From Methanobacteriota archaeon (GTDB lineage: Archaea; Halobacteriota; Bog-38; Methanoflorentales; Methanoflorentaceae), in NCBI GenBank assembly GCA_963719035.1, contig CAVRAO010000011.1, positions 57,433-121,432 on the forward strand: 64,000 bases of DNA, in the 5' to 3' direction. The notes under the pieces are model-generated. The model was given only the letters and a program-made list of their open reading frames with translations, did no database searches and was not told where the DNA came from. Below, one piece after another: positions 49,966 to 60,646 of the stretch (position 1 is the first letter of the stretch; every line of letters begins with the position of its first letter). A program made the translations under genes and the position numbers.

Positions 49966-50514
49966 TCATGCCTTCACGACGACCGTGTGCGCCACGCGAT
50001 CCCCAAGCCGTTGCTTCATATCTGACGTCCACATAAGGATGGCACCAAGCAGGTATGGAATGAAGTACGGAATGAGGTCAATGAGCCGTAAGATGTTACG
50101 CACGACCGCGTCCATATAATCGATCTTCGTCCCGTCCTCCCGCACGACTTTGATCTTGACGGCCATCTTGCCGACTGTCTGGCCGTACGCCCCTTCAAGG
50201 AGTATGAAGTACAGCAAAAAGATCAGCAGCGAAACCGCTCCAGAAAGTTGCGATTGAAACGGGATCGAGAGAATGCCTGCGATAATGGCAATAATGATGG
50301 TATCAATGAGAATCGCGACAAAGCGAATCGGGACGCCCTGATATGGTAAGGCCGCAGCGTAAGACGGTGCTTGATACGTCGGAGCAGGTGCGTACGACGG
50401 AACGCTCTGTGGCTGTGGTTCGACTTCAGTGTGCAACTGAGCGCCACACTTTTCGCAGTACTTAGCGTCAGGTAACGCGGGCGCGCCGCATTGTTGACAT
50501 TTGTCTTCGTTTAT
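49966..50514 (-). CDS. Zinc-ribbon + RDD protein
   Basis: CQQCG..YCEKCG, RFVAILID, GQTVGK, QRLGDRVAHTVVV. Confidence 0.85.
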   Translation of the reverse strand: MNEDKCQQCGAPALPDAKYCEKCGAQLHTEVEPQPQSVPSYAPAPTYQAPSYAAALPYQGVPIRFVAILIDTIIIAIIAGILSIPFQSQLSGAVSLLIFLLYFILLEGAYGQTVGKMAVKIKVVREDGTKIDYMDAVVRNILRLIDLIPYFIPYLLGAILMWTSDMKQRLGDRVAHTVVVKA

Positions 50515-51148
50515 GGTTTTCACCTCCGTTTCTTTTTTATATTGAAGAAATACGCAGGGTTGTAGTTATTTCTTTGCCGTTCTTGAGGCGGTTTTTCATG
50601 TTCGTTATTTCTGGAAAACAAGCCCGATCTCACCACTTAGCAGCGTTTTTCCCAAACAAGCCTTTCAAGGAGCCTTAACAGGTTTACGGGTTTAACGGTT
50701 CAAGTCGTGATGTGTCGAAAGGGGAGATATCACCCGTTGCGATAACGGGTATTCCCGGGCCTTGCCTACTGAGATAAAAACGAGATAGAAAAAGCACATA
50801 ATTTAGTCCTCCAATTTAGATCGAATCATATAGTATCAATCGTTATTTTTTTTACGAAAAGTAGCACGTTCTAGCGGCATTTTAAGGCCACTAAATCAAT
50901 AAAAGAAGCGTATAAACGAGGGCTTGTAAGCCTATTATCTACAAGTAATACGTGCAAGGGTAAAAAAGGCTAAAAAGGGGGGAGTAATTGGCCTCAAGAT
51001 ATGTTGAAAATACTACTTTTTCCAGGACTACTCAGCGCTGTCAGACGCGCTTAAGGATTTAGTTGTTTAGTATCGTTGCGAAATCGATCTATTGACCGTC
51101 GTATATGGCCGACACCGCCTAAGCATGCTCCGTTTGGCGAAGATGATG

Positions 51149-51883
51149 TTAATCCCACGAGATAGAGCTAAACCAACGCTGCTCTGTGAAGTACGGATTA
51201 AGCTCGTCATAATAGAGCACGAGCCCAGACTGGGTATCATAGACCATATGGTGCTCCCCTACGGTATCCGGGACACGGTAAATGAGTGTAGTTGCATCCC
51301 AAGTATACCCCCCGGTTTCAAAGGGGCCCTGTCCAACTATCACCCATGGATAACCGTAAGCATGAGTCGGATTCGTGGGATCAACCCACATAACTATAAT
51401 ATTACCGCCGAGAGTCGGATCTCCATTGGTGTAGGACCACGGATATGTTTGGACGAGGTTGGGATACAGCTTATTCTGAACGGTAACGTCTCCATTGTAC
51501 GTGGCTCCATCACCCCCTGTCACCCGGCTCGTGATGGTTGCCATGACAGCTCGACTGGTCATATACTGCTCTCTCGGTCCAGAGATACCATCGTATGTCA
51601 CACTGAGGCCTGGCCGTATCCATGAAGGCGCCGCTGCTCCTACATTGGCTGCACCTGGATTAGCTGCACCTGGGTTAGCTACACCTTTTGGGTTAGCTGC
51701 AACTGGGTTAGCTGCAAGTGGGGTCGCTGCAAATGGGTTAGTTGTATACAGGCTAGCTGCTTCACTTGGTGTAGCACTCGCGCTAAGCGTTTGATTAGTA
51801 GTCTTTGAGGTGCAACCCGATACTAACAAAGAAACAACCACGAGCAATAGAACGGCTATCGCAGTTGTTGATTTGAATTGCAT
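51149..51883 (-). CDS. Lipoprotein with AANP repeats
   Basis: MQFKSTTAIAVLL..LVSGC; AANP/AATP pentamer repeats; start lies within repeat copy 51878-51927. Confidence 0.72.
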   Translation of the reverse strand: MQFKSTTAIAVLLLVVVSLLVSGCTSKTTNQTLSASATPSEAASLYTTNPFAATPLAANPVAANPKGVANPGAANPGAANVGAAAPSWIRPGLSVTYDGISGPREQYMTSRAVMATITSRVTGGDGATYNGDVTVQNKLYPNLVQTYPWSYTNGDPTLGGNIIVMWVDPTNPTHAYGYPWVIVGQGPFETGGYTWDATTLIYRVPDTVGEHHMVYDTQSGLVLYYDELNPYFTEQRWFSSISWD

Positions 51884-51960
51884 AATGCTTATGCAAGAGG
51901 CGTGTGGAGGCTTAACAATTCCTATTCGTATTCGATGATAACTAGCCAATCACACCTTTT

Positions 51961-52188
51961 TTAGGGTTTGCGGCGCTTCTCCCACAAGGCGGGGACAAAT
52001 GCCAGATACGCTATTACCGCGATGATAGCAGTAAGCAGGCCAAGACGGATCTCGACGCTCCAAAATGCAACTATTATCAGCACAGCAATGAGGAGCGCGA
52101 TGGCAACGTTTTCCCTTACGTTCTTCATAGGAAGTAAATTTCCTCTTGAAAGCATAAAAAGGCAACTCAAAATGTGCACATTGCTCAT
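51961..52188 (-). CDS. Small two-TM protein
   Basis: MKNVRENVAIALLIAVLII...WEKRRKP; follows repeat copy 52190-52214. Confidence 0.5.
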   Translation of the reverse strand: MSNVHILSCLFMLSRGNLLPMKNVRENVAIALLIAVLIIVAFWSVEIRLGLLTAIIAVIAYLAFVPALWEKRRKP

Positions 52189-52374
52189 TGCGAACGTTGG
52201 CTTAACTATTCCTTTTTAGAGAGTTAAACGAAACACGCTATGCTCTCTCTCCATTGATTGAAGCGAGATTAAAAAGGGCGCCACACGGCTAGAATCAAAC
52301 CAGTTACAATAATCAAGATTAATACAATTGCTATAATTTGGCGTCCTCTTTGTGACTTATTTTGCAGTTCCTCA

Positions 52375-52556
52375 CGCTGAAGATCCCCATAATCTCCCTG
52401 GCCAAGAGGGAGGAGATCTATGTGCCTGGACTGGACGGGCCGCGGGATATCGGGAAGGAGGAGATAGCTTCGCTCTATCTCCAGGAGATCAGGGACGAGG
52501 CGCACAGATTTGCCTTGGCCTATAACCGGCTGCTTCGGAGAAAGGCTATAGCATAA
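52375..52556 (+). pseudogene. uvrC: UvrC C-terminal fragment
   Basis: IISLAKREE(E)IY...LQEIRDEAHRFALAYNR. Confidence 0.8.
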
Positions 52557-52643
52557 TAACGTAAGTTAAAAAAAAGCCGGCGCATGCGAAGAGCAGGATG
52601 CGAAGCTTTCAATCTGAGATAGAATTAAAAGAATAAAAAAATA

Positions 52644-52964
52644 TTATTTCTCCAGTTCCCCTAAGAGCTTCATGCCCTTGGTGAAGGGAGGCATTCCCGA
52701 TGTCAGCAAAACCACTCTCAGGACATCCACTATCTCTTCCTTGGTGATTCCCAGCTCCTTCATGCCGCTCATCATCTGCTTCTTGGCGGCACGGTCGTCC
52801 GAGGCGGCGGCAGTGATGGCTATGGCAATTAGCTTCAGGGTCTTGTAGTCCAGGACCTTGCCGGTATAGGCTACCTCATTTAAAGAAACAATGGCTTTAT
52901 AAAGGTCGGGATATTCGTTCTTGGCCCTTGCCATTCCCTCGCCGAAAAAGACTTCATCCTTCAT
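52644..52964 (-). CDS. Carboxymuconolactone decarboxylase/AhpD-like protein
   Basis: LDYKTLKLIAIAI...GITKEEIVDVL...SGMP. Confidence 0.75.
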   Translation of the reverse strand: MKDEVFFGEGMARAKNEYPDLYKAIVSLNEVAYTGKVLDYKTLKLIAIAITAAASDDRAAKKQMMSGMKELGITKEEIVDVLRVVLLTSGMPPFTKGMKLLGELEK

Positions 52965-53475
52965 AACATCTCACCGGATATTCCTTGTCGTGCTTGGAGT
53001 TATAGATTTCGTGATTCTCTGACCAAGACCAGATCAGGATTCTGAGCAGTGGATCTCTGCCCCTCTTCTACCAGGCTCCTTCTTTCATCAAAAATGCCTC
53101 TGTCCAGCTTGGGAAGACTAACACATTGAGAAAAAAAGCGCTCAAGAAGCTCATGCGTGACTACAATCCCGCTCTTCCAAGCTTTCAATGAAAGACCAAA
53201 ATAGAATTGGGCTTGGTGCGTAAGCAACGAAAATGAATTCATATCGAAAGACCGCAATAATTATCGGAGTATTACTTATAACTGCGACAGGTGCGTCTAT
53301 ACTAAGTTTAGAGTGCGTATTAGTTTTTTGTAGATTGCCTTAATTGGCGGCTTGCGTTTAGGAGTTGTCACTAAACTTCATAAGTGACGGCTTGAAAAGT
53401 GTCTTAAAAAAAGAAGGAAAGAGGAGCGCGAACGCTCCCTTTAGGTTCTAAGGGTTGCCACCGTAAACGAATCCG

Positions 53476-54195
53476 TCATTCCGACACTTCTGTTTCGGTC
53501 GCTTCCGGCATCTTGAAGCCCCGGAAGAACAGCCAGAAGGGCAGAAGGATGATCTCGAAGACCGCGACGGGGACGTTGATGATGGTGGCCCCGGCGCTCG
53601 CGGGGTCGATGAGGCCGAACCAGGCCGCTAAGCCGCCGAACATGGTCAAGGTATACCCGACCAGACCGACGACAGAAATGACTCGGGGAACCATCTTGTG
53701 CCGAACCAACATCCAGGTGAGGATGATCCCACTCAGACCGAGGAGCACCAAAGATACCGTGGTCACGCCCGTCACCCGCACAAGCGAGTTGCCGAGGGTC
53801 AGATACCAGGAGCTCAGGGGAGCGCCGGCGTTGATGAACTCGGCACTTAGCGGAATCAGCATCAGAGTCGCCACGACGCCGCCCATCACGAGGGTCCCCT
53901 CGATGATCCGCACCGCAAGGTACCCGACCGCCGCATTCTCATCGAGCTTCCTCAGCAAGGGATACATGAACACCGCGATGAACACGATGCCGATGTTGTT
54001 GATCGACAAGAGCAGGGCTGACCAAGCGACAGCGGCCGTGTTGGGAGATATCCCTGCCAGATAGTTTGGCGCCGTCAGAATCGACTCCAGAATTAACCCC
54101 CCGGCGATACTGGCCGCGGCGGTCACCAGAAAGAGGGTCGCCACCATGATCTCGGCCCTACGTTGCTTTGCATCGACGATGCGTTTTTGTGTCAT
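53476..54195 (-). CDS. DUF4386-like membrane protein
   Basis: Multi-TM, AVFMYPLLRK, VPRVISVVGL, FEIILLPFWLFFRGF; preceded by partial repeat 54231-54250. Confidence 0.7.
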   Translation of the reverse strand: MTQKRIVDAKQRRAEIMVATLFLVTAAASIAGGLILESILTAPNYLAGISPNTAAVAWSALLLSINNIGIVFIAVFMYPLLRKLDENAAVGYLAVRIIEGTLVMGGVVATLMLIPLSAEFINAGAPLSSWYLTLGNSLVRVTGVTTVSLVLLGLSGIILTWMLVRHKMVPRVISVVGLVGYTLTMFGGLAAWFGLIDPASAGATIINVPVAVFEIILLPFWLFFRGFKMPEATETEVSE

Positions 54196-54589
54196 TTTGA
54201 ATTTCTCCTTGATCGCGGTCTGGCGGCCTCTGGTTTAACAATTCCTATTCTTTTTTCCACCAAACAGCCGGGCGCCTCCCATCATGTGCTATGCAAAATA
54301 CGCATAAGCTACACTATAACCAATACCAGCCGATGAAAACCCCGACAATTATCCCTATCATAAACCAAAGGACGAGGCTACGAGCGCGTATTCTCATTAC
54401 AAGCACCCCCTATTTTTTTTCCATCGCCAAATAGCCGAGCCCAGAAGTTAGTATCGTTCCGGCTGCAGCGTTTTCTGTTATGTTAGTCCCCCACGGATTG
54501 ACAGGTAGAAAGCCAGGAGTCCGAATACTAGTATGAGGACCATTACAACCGCTATGAGCTTCGTCTGAAGTGAATTCATTTAGCCGCCT

Positions 54590-54920
54590 CGCCTTTCGTA
54601 TCGACAATCGTGCCTAGCACCAGGCGCTTACGCAAGGGGCTAAAATACGAGTGATGTCTTTCTTTTTCCTGTTCTTCTTTCTCTGCAGTTCTGAAACACG
54701 AAACAAGGGCACTTAGTGCTTCAGTATCATCTAAGTTAGCCTCGGACTCCTCATCGACCTTTGTTTTGACTTCTGAAAGCGCACAGCTCAGTAGCTCCGC
54801 GTCGCTGCCGGTTAAGATTAGTCCCTTTTCTATCATTTTTCCCCCTCTTAGTAGGTGCTTTTTACATGAACAAGCTCGACTTTTAGCATGATCGGTTTTT
54901 TCTGTTGACGATAATGGCGA
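54590..54920. repeat. Diverged direct repeat (partner 59277-59610); also 55680-55985 repeats at 60128-60432
   Basis: Shared runs such as gtgcttcagtatcatctaag, ccggttaagattagtccctttt and ctggttcatacgcccagcc. Confidence 0.85.
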
Positions 54921-55351
54921 CAAAACGGGCGCCAATTAGCTAACTGATGCGAATAGCGACGTAATGGCTTCATAATCAATCGCCTCGTAGTCGAAAATAA
55001 CGCCTTTCGCCTTGATCGGCACAACAACATTTATTCCCTCAGAGTGCCTTTTTACTTGTTTAGAAAAACGGCAGTCATAGGAACGGCGATGTCGTGGAAT
55101 GTAAAATAGAAAGGCAAACACTAGCTTTTGCACAGCTCGAAAGAAACAAAGCAGAAATACGCGAGCTGATGGAATCGGAAAAGGCGCTCTACGAGATAGA
55201 ACGTTGGATCACGAACCTTCATGACTGGGCTGACCTACGCCAAGCGAGAAGAGATGTGCTGTGCTGGGAAGCGCGATGTGATGGAGCAGAAATTGCGCTA
55301 AAGCGATGCGTAGAAAACACAAGAGACAAACACTGATATTACGGGATTTAA

Positions 55352-55597
55352 ATGGCTGATAATGACACGATTAGGGATGAAATCAAGAAACTAGCTAAGG
55401 CACATGATGCGCTAGCAGCCGAAGTCATGAAGTTTGGTGAGAGATATAATGAGGACTTCGAGAAGTTATCTGAGAGACATAATGTACTAGCAATAGACTT
55501 AACGGAGTTGAATAAAACTCTTAATAAGTTAGATACGCGGGTCAACGCGCTATCCGAGCGTGTTATGAGTCACGCAGAGAAATTGAGAGAAACATGA
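55352..55597 (+). CDS. Coiled-coil hypothetical protein
   Basis: Heptad-rich 81-aa ORF, co-oriented with 55094..55336. Confidence 0.5.
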   Translation: MADNDTIRDEIKKLAKAHDALAAEVMKFGERYNEDFEKLSERHNVLAIDLTELNKTLNKLDTRVNALSERVMSHAEKLRET

Positions 55598-57203
55598 GAG
55601 TTATCGGCTATGCCCCAACGAGTGCGTTAAGGCGTTTGCGAAATATGGCTCTTTTAACCGGTCGTTAGCCTGTTTTTAACCTGGTTCATACGCCCAGCCA
55701 TACTCGTGCCGTTGGTGCAACTGTACCTGTATCTTTTTGATGATCTGTCGCACCTGCTGCCTGGGCGCTATCAGGCAACCAGGAGTCGTGCACGCGGTCT
55801 TGCAGATATCGGTAAGCTTCCCAACTGGTTGAGCACTTCCTTAAAAGTTTTTCGGCTGCCGCGTCAGCGTAATCGTTCTTGTGGTCAGCTAGCTGCAATA
55901 GGAGTTCATCGACTAGGGCACAATCGTCGCGCACGACATTAGTGTAGTAAAGCATGGGGTGTAAATGATTAGGAAGCGCGGTGTGGAAGTAGTCTACATT
56001 CCGCATTCGTGATGGCTTCGAAAAACCGTCTGATTGACAAAAAGAGGCAATATTGACAAGATCGGAGCACAGAAAACATTTAATTGTCGCCTTTCAACAC
56101 GTTGATTTCATAGGAGCTAATATTATGTTAAAAACAAAGGTGGTAGCGGTCGCGGTGCTGACTGTCTTCCGCGCTTCGGTGGCGGTGGTGAGCGTGACGG
56201 ACAAACCAATCACCCCACGCTTCAACACGAGCCTTGTCATTCAGCGGAGACGGCCGGTACCACGAAACCGGTTGTAGATCTAATCAGCGGTAAGCGGGCG
56301 GCTTAAACGCGCCGAGTTTCGCAAACCTACTGCTGGAAGTCGCACGAAATGAACTGTCCTTACAACACAATCGGCTCGGAAGTTACCTTTTCCAAATCAA
56401 AAGGCAGCACAGTCGTGAAAGCTAAGGCTCACCGGGTCGAATAACGACGACAACGGACAAGACGGCTGTCGGGCTACACGCGCTTTCTGTGACGTTTAAG
56501 CAACAGGGTACTACGGCGTTTATGCTACCTTTGACGGCGCAACGGGCCCGCGGAAACTACTATAGGCCCCGACAAAGAGCGAAATTATGGTGGTAAAGGA
56601 GATAAAGGCCGCCGTCGCAGGTGTGGCAAAGCCGAGCGCATCGTTGCGGGGACGGTGTCCGCCGACACCAGATGGCTCCAAACGCGAATTCGTCTGGCTG
56701 ATTCACGTGACACAGGATCTGGCACTCAAAACGGGCAGGCGAGAAACGTCGCGTCACTCAGACTTAGACGGCATAAACATGTGGCGCTTTACTTTCAGCA
56801 ACGGATCTCCGCTCGGCTCGAATACGTGATACAGGGACATCCGACGCTGGTCGGAACAGGGGTATCTGGACCCGCTGACTATCGTTCGAGTTCAAGGTGA
56901 CGCAGCCCGGCTATTACCGTTCCAGACTACATTCGTCGGTGAATCCATGCCGTGGAAACTAGAAGGGTGTGAGCCACAGCAAGTAATTACATCGACGTTT
57001 TAGTAACAAACTAGGGAGTTCCGCACTCCCTTTTGCTTTTTTGTTGCTTCTTTTATGCCGATATCCCCCGCCTTGCAGCCGAAAGCAATGCCCATCAGTG
57101 TAACAAGCGAACGTTACAACAACATTTATTTCCTTAGGGCGCCTTTTTACGTGTTTAGAAAAACGGCGGTCGCTACTACCGCTGTAAAAGGAGGTGATTC
57201 AAA

Positions 57204-57530
57204 ATGGTGACATTTTTATCGGTTGCTCGGCACACTCCTGAAATGTGCGCGCTCTATAACGAGAAATCTGCAAAGGTATATATGGAGTTTATGAACAAGC
57301 AGCAGGAGCTCGAGGCGAAACATGGAGTGAAAATGGTTGGCGGCTGGAACGTGCCCTCCGAGCATTTGACAGTTCAGGTGTTTGAAGCCCCGACTTTTGA
57401 GGCGATGCAAGCATATTCAATGGAACCGGAAGTAATGAAACTAAGCAATGTGGACACAGCGGAAATCAAAGTGGCATACACGCTCGAAGAAATGGGACAG
57501 ATAATGATGCAGATGATGCAGGCCAAATGA
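57204..57530 (+). CDS. DUF3303/GYD-like protein (degraded copy at 59785-60106)
   Basis: GGAGGTGA RBS; HTPEMC...HGVKMVGGW...EH...VFEAP. Confidence 0.7.
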   Translation: MVTFLSVARHTPEMCALYNEKSAKVYMEFMNKQQELEAKHGVKMVGGWNVPSEHLTVQVFEAPTFEAMQAYSMEPEVMKLSNVDTAEIKVAYTLEEMGQIMMQMMQAK

Positions 57531-57804
57531 CCTGCATTTTTTCTTTTTTCACCTTCAGCACGTTCTAAAAACTTCCTTTGGGCAGCCTATTCTACTGTCT
57601 TAGTTTTTTCAGCTGCTGTGGGACTGAAAAATTGTACCATCTTAATGTTAGAACTCGACAGCGCTCCAATATTGCATATACACATCATACACGTTCTCAG
57701 GCAAAGGATGCTTGTACGTATAACTCCCCTCTTTTTTCACAAAGCTGAGTGACACCATCCTGTGTCACGTACTTATTTATAAGCCAGTTTCGATATGACT
57801 TTTC

Positions 57805-58288
57805 ATGCCTGCCGGTACAGTTATCAACAGTGTTAAAGACGCCATAGCGGTGATTTTAGGGATATTTGAATCAGCAAAGCACGAGATTGTCTACGTCACA
57901 CCTTATTCCTTTTGTGTCCCTCGCCGCGAATTATGCTTCTATGCAAAGCGCCGACCGGTTCATACAAAACGGCGGGGCGATCAGGGGCATTATACCCATA
58001 TCGCGCGATGACGTTGAAGGGGTGCGAAAGCGACTTGATATCGGTTATGATCTGCGTCATAGTGACCAGTTCCACGAAATCTTCATGATCGTAGGTGATA
58101 AGCAGCAGAGCATCAGCGCGATAAATCTCGGCGTCCAAGAATATACGCTTGATACCCCTATCACTGCCTTCTGGAGCGAGAGTCCTAATTATGCTGAGTA
58201 CCTCCTCACTTCCTTTGAGAACGTATGGTCCCAGGCAGTTCCTGCAGAAGAGCGGATACAAGAGCTGTTGAAACAGCGGCTAGCATAG
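57805..58288 (+). pseudogene. TrmB-like effector/PLD-fold domain protein, frameshifted
   Basis: ESAKHEIVYVT in one frame; FMIVGDKQQSISAI...YAEYLLTSFENVW in the next. Confidence 0.6.
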
Positions 58289-58966
58289 GTTTCCCATATC
58301 ATCAGGTAACAGAGTCAGCTCTAGAACCTCACAATTAAGGATCTTACAATTAGGGCTCAAGCCGTAAAAGAAACGCCTCTCCAACGTTGCATATAAACAT
58401 CATACACGTTTTCAGGCAACGGATGCTTTATAGTGCTTCCAATCGATTCCACTTACGCCATGCGTCATTATGTACGCACGGATTATGGCTGCTGATTTTA
58501 CTAAGATAGTTTTACGCTAAGCGCGTGCCCTCTTATTTAGTTCAAATCTGGCAGCGGTAGCCAAGAAGGTGGACATCTATGAATACTCATGCAAAACGCG
58601 CTTTTAGTGCGCTCGCAACGGTTGCGGTGTTGACCGTTACCGTGTTTGGTATTGTTGGTTTGACGGCGGTTCCCGTATTGGCTGCCATTTGGACTGACGC
58701 AGAACTTACAGGTCCGACGACTGGTCGTGTAGGCGAAACGCTGACATACACGGTGAGGGTGTTGCAGTGCGAGGGTGAGCATCTCGGGAAAGCCCATACG
58801 AGTGCATCCTCGGTCGTGGCTACTTCGTTACGATAAGTTTTAGAGACAACAATGGCCAGATCCCGATTGCATACGCTTATGCAAGAGGCGAGAGGTAGCT
58901 TAACAATCCCTATTTGGAGGGGTTAAACGAAACACGTTATTGCTCTCTCCATTGATTGAAGCGAGA

Positions 58967-59147
58967 TTAAAAAGGACGCCACACGGTTAGAATCAAACCA
59001 GTTACAATAATCAAGATCAATACAACGGCTATAATTTGGCGTCCTCTTTGTGACTTATTTTGCAGTTCCTCACCACATTGAGAGCAATACATGCACACCG
59101 TCACGGTTTTGGAATTGACAGTTTTCGCACCATCCTTTCGTCACCAT
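58967..59147 (-). pseudogene. Zinc-ribbon membrane protein (1-bp indel); 3' part duplicated at 52269-52374
   Basis: WCENC...YCSQCGEELQNKSQRGRQIIAVVLILII...WRPF. Confidence 0.6.
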
Positions 59148-60646
59148 ATTCGCCTCCGATTTCCGGTTGAGCAGTTATTGGTTTCGATTGCATACTAAAT
59201 CACGTATGCAAGAGGTGGATGGTGGCTTAACTATTCCTATTCTTAGCAGTCGTATTCAGTACACGGGTACCGACTTGCCTTTCGATAATCGTACCTAGCA
59301 CTAAGCGCTTACGTTAAGGGGTTAAAATACGCAGTGACGTCTTTCTTTCTCCTGTTCTTCACTTTCCTGCATTCCTGAAACACTGAAACGAGGGCAATTT
59401 AGTGCTTCAGTATCATCTAAGCTAGTCTCGGACTCCTCATAGACTTTTGTTTTAACTTCTGAAAGCGCAAAAGCTCAGCAACTCCGCGTCGCCGCCGGTT
59501 AAGATTAGTCCCTTTTCAATCATCTTTTCCCTCCTCCTTGTTCGTACTTTTTACGTGAACAAGCTCGACTTTTAGCATGTTCGGTTTTTTCTGTTGACGA
59601 TAATAGCGACGTACCGGCACACACTTCACGATCCCTCATACTTCTAGCCGCCTAGCAGCAGAAAATTACCGCTATCACTGTAACAAACCAACGTTACAAC
59701 AACCTTTATCTCCTTCGGGCGCCTTTATACGTGTTTTAGAAAAACGGCGATTATTACTACCGCTGTAAAAGGAGGTGATTCAAAATGGTGACAGTTATGG
59801 CGATTTCAAGGCACACTCCCGAAAGTGTGCGTTTCAACCAGGAATCGGAAATACGTATATTGAATCTATGAATAAGCAGAAGGAGCTCGAGGCGAAACAC
59901 GGAGTGAAAATGGTCGGTGGCTGGAATGCACATTCCGAGCATTTGACAGTTAAGGCGTTGAAGCTCCGACTTTTGAAGCGATCCAAGCATTTTCAATGAA
60001 ACCGGAAAATGTGAAGATAACCAGTGTGGACACAGAGGAAGTCAAGATAGTAATGCCGCTCGAAGAAGCCGCACAGATAATGATGCAGATGATGCAGGCC
60101 AAGTAACCTGCATTTTTTCTTTTTTTTAAACTGGTTCATACGCCCAGCCGGCACTCGTGCCGATGATGCAGCTGCACCGGCATCCTTTTGATAATCTGTC
60201 GCCCTGCTGCCTGGCGCTCTCAGGTAACCAGGCATCGTGAGAGCGGTCTTTCAGGTAGCGGTAGGCTTCCCAACTGGAAGAGCACTGCTTTAAAGTTTTG
60301 CTGCGGCTACGTCCGCATAATCGTTTTGTAGTCAGCCAGCTGCAATAGGAGCTCATCGACTAGGATGCAATCGTCACGCACGTATTAGTGTAGAAAAACA
60401 TGGCCTCAAAATGATTGAGGAAGCGCGGTGTGGCGAGCCTTCTTTCAGAACTGAATCCGACGAAATTACCTAACCGACACGAAGACGAAAGCAAATGGAT
60501 AAGTCGTAAGCGTTGAGTGTAACGTGTTTAAACAATTATAGAAAAAGGTGAATCGTTGTGACGAAACAAAACGTAGGATGACAAGTATCGCCTTAGCGAG
60601 CATCTTGCTCGTTCCTAGACGCAGTATGTGCAAGCACCTAGTGTGA

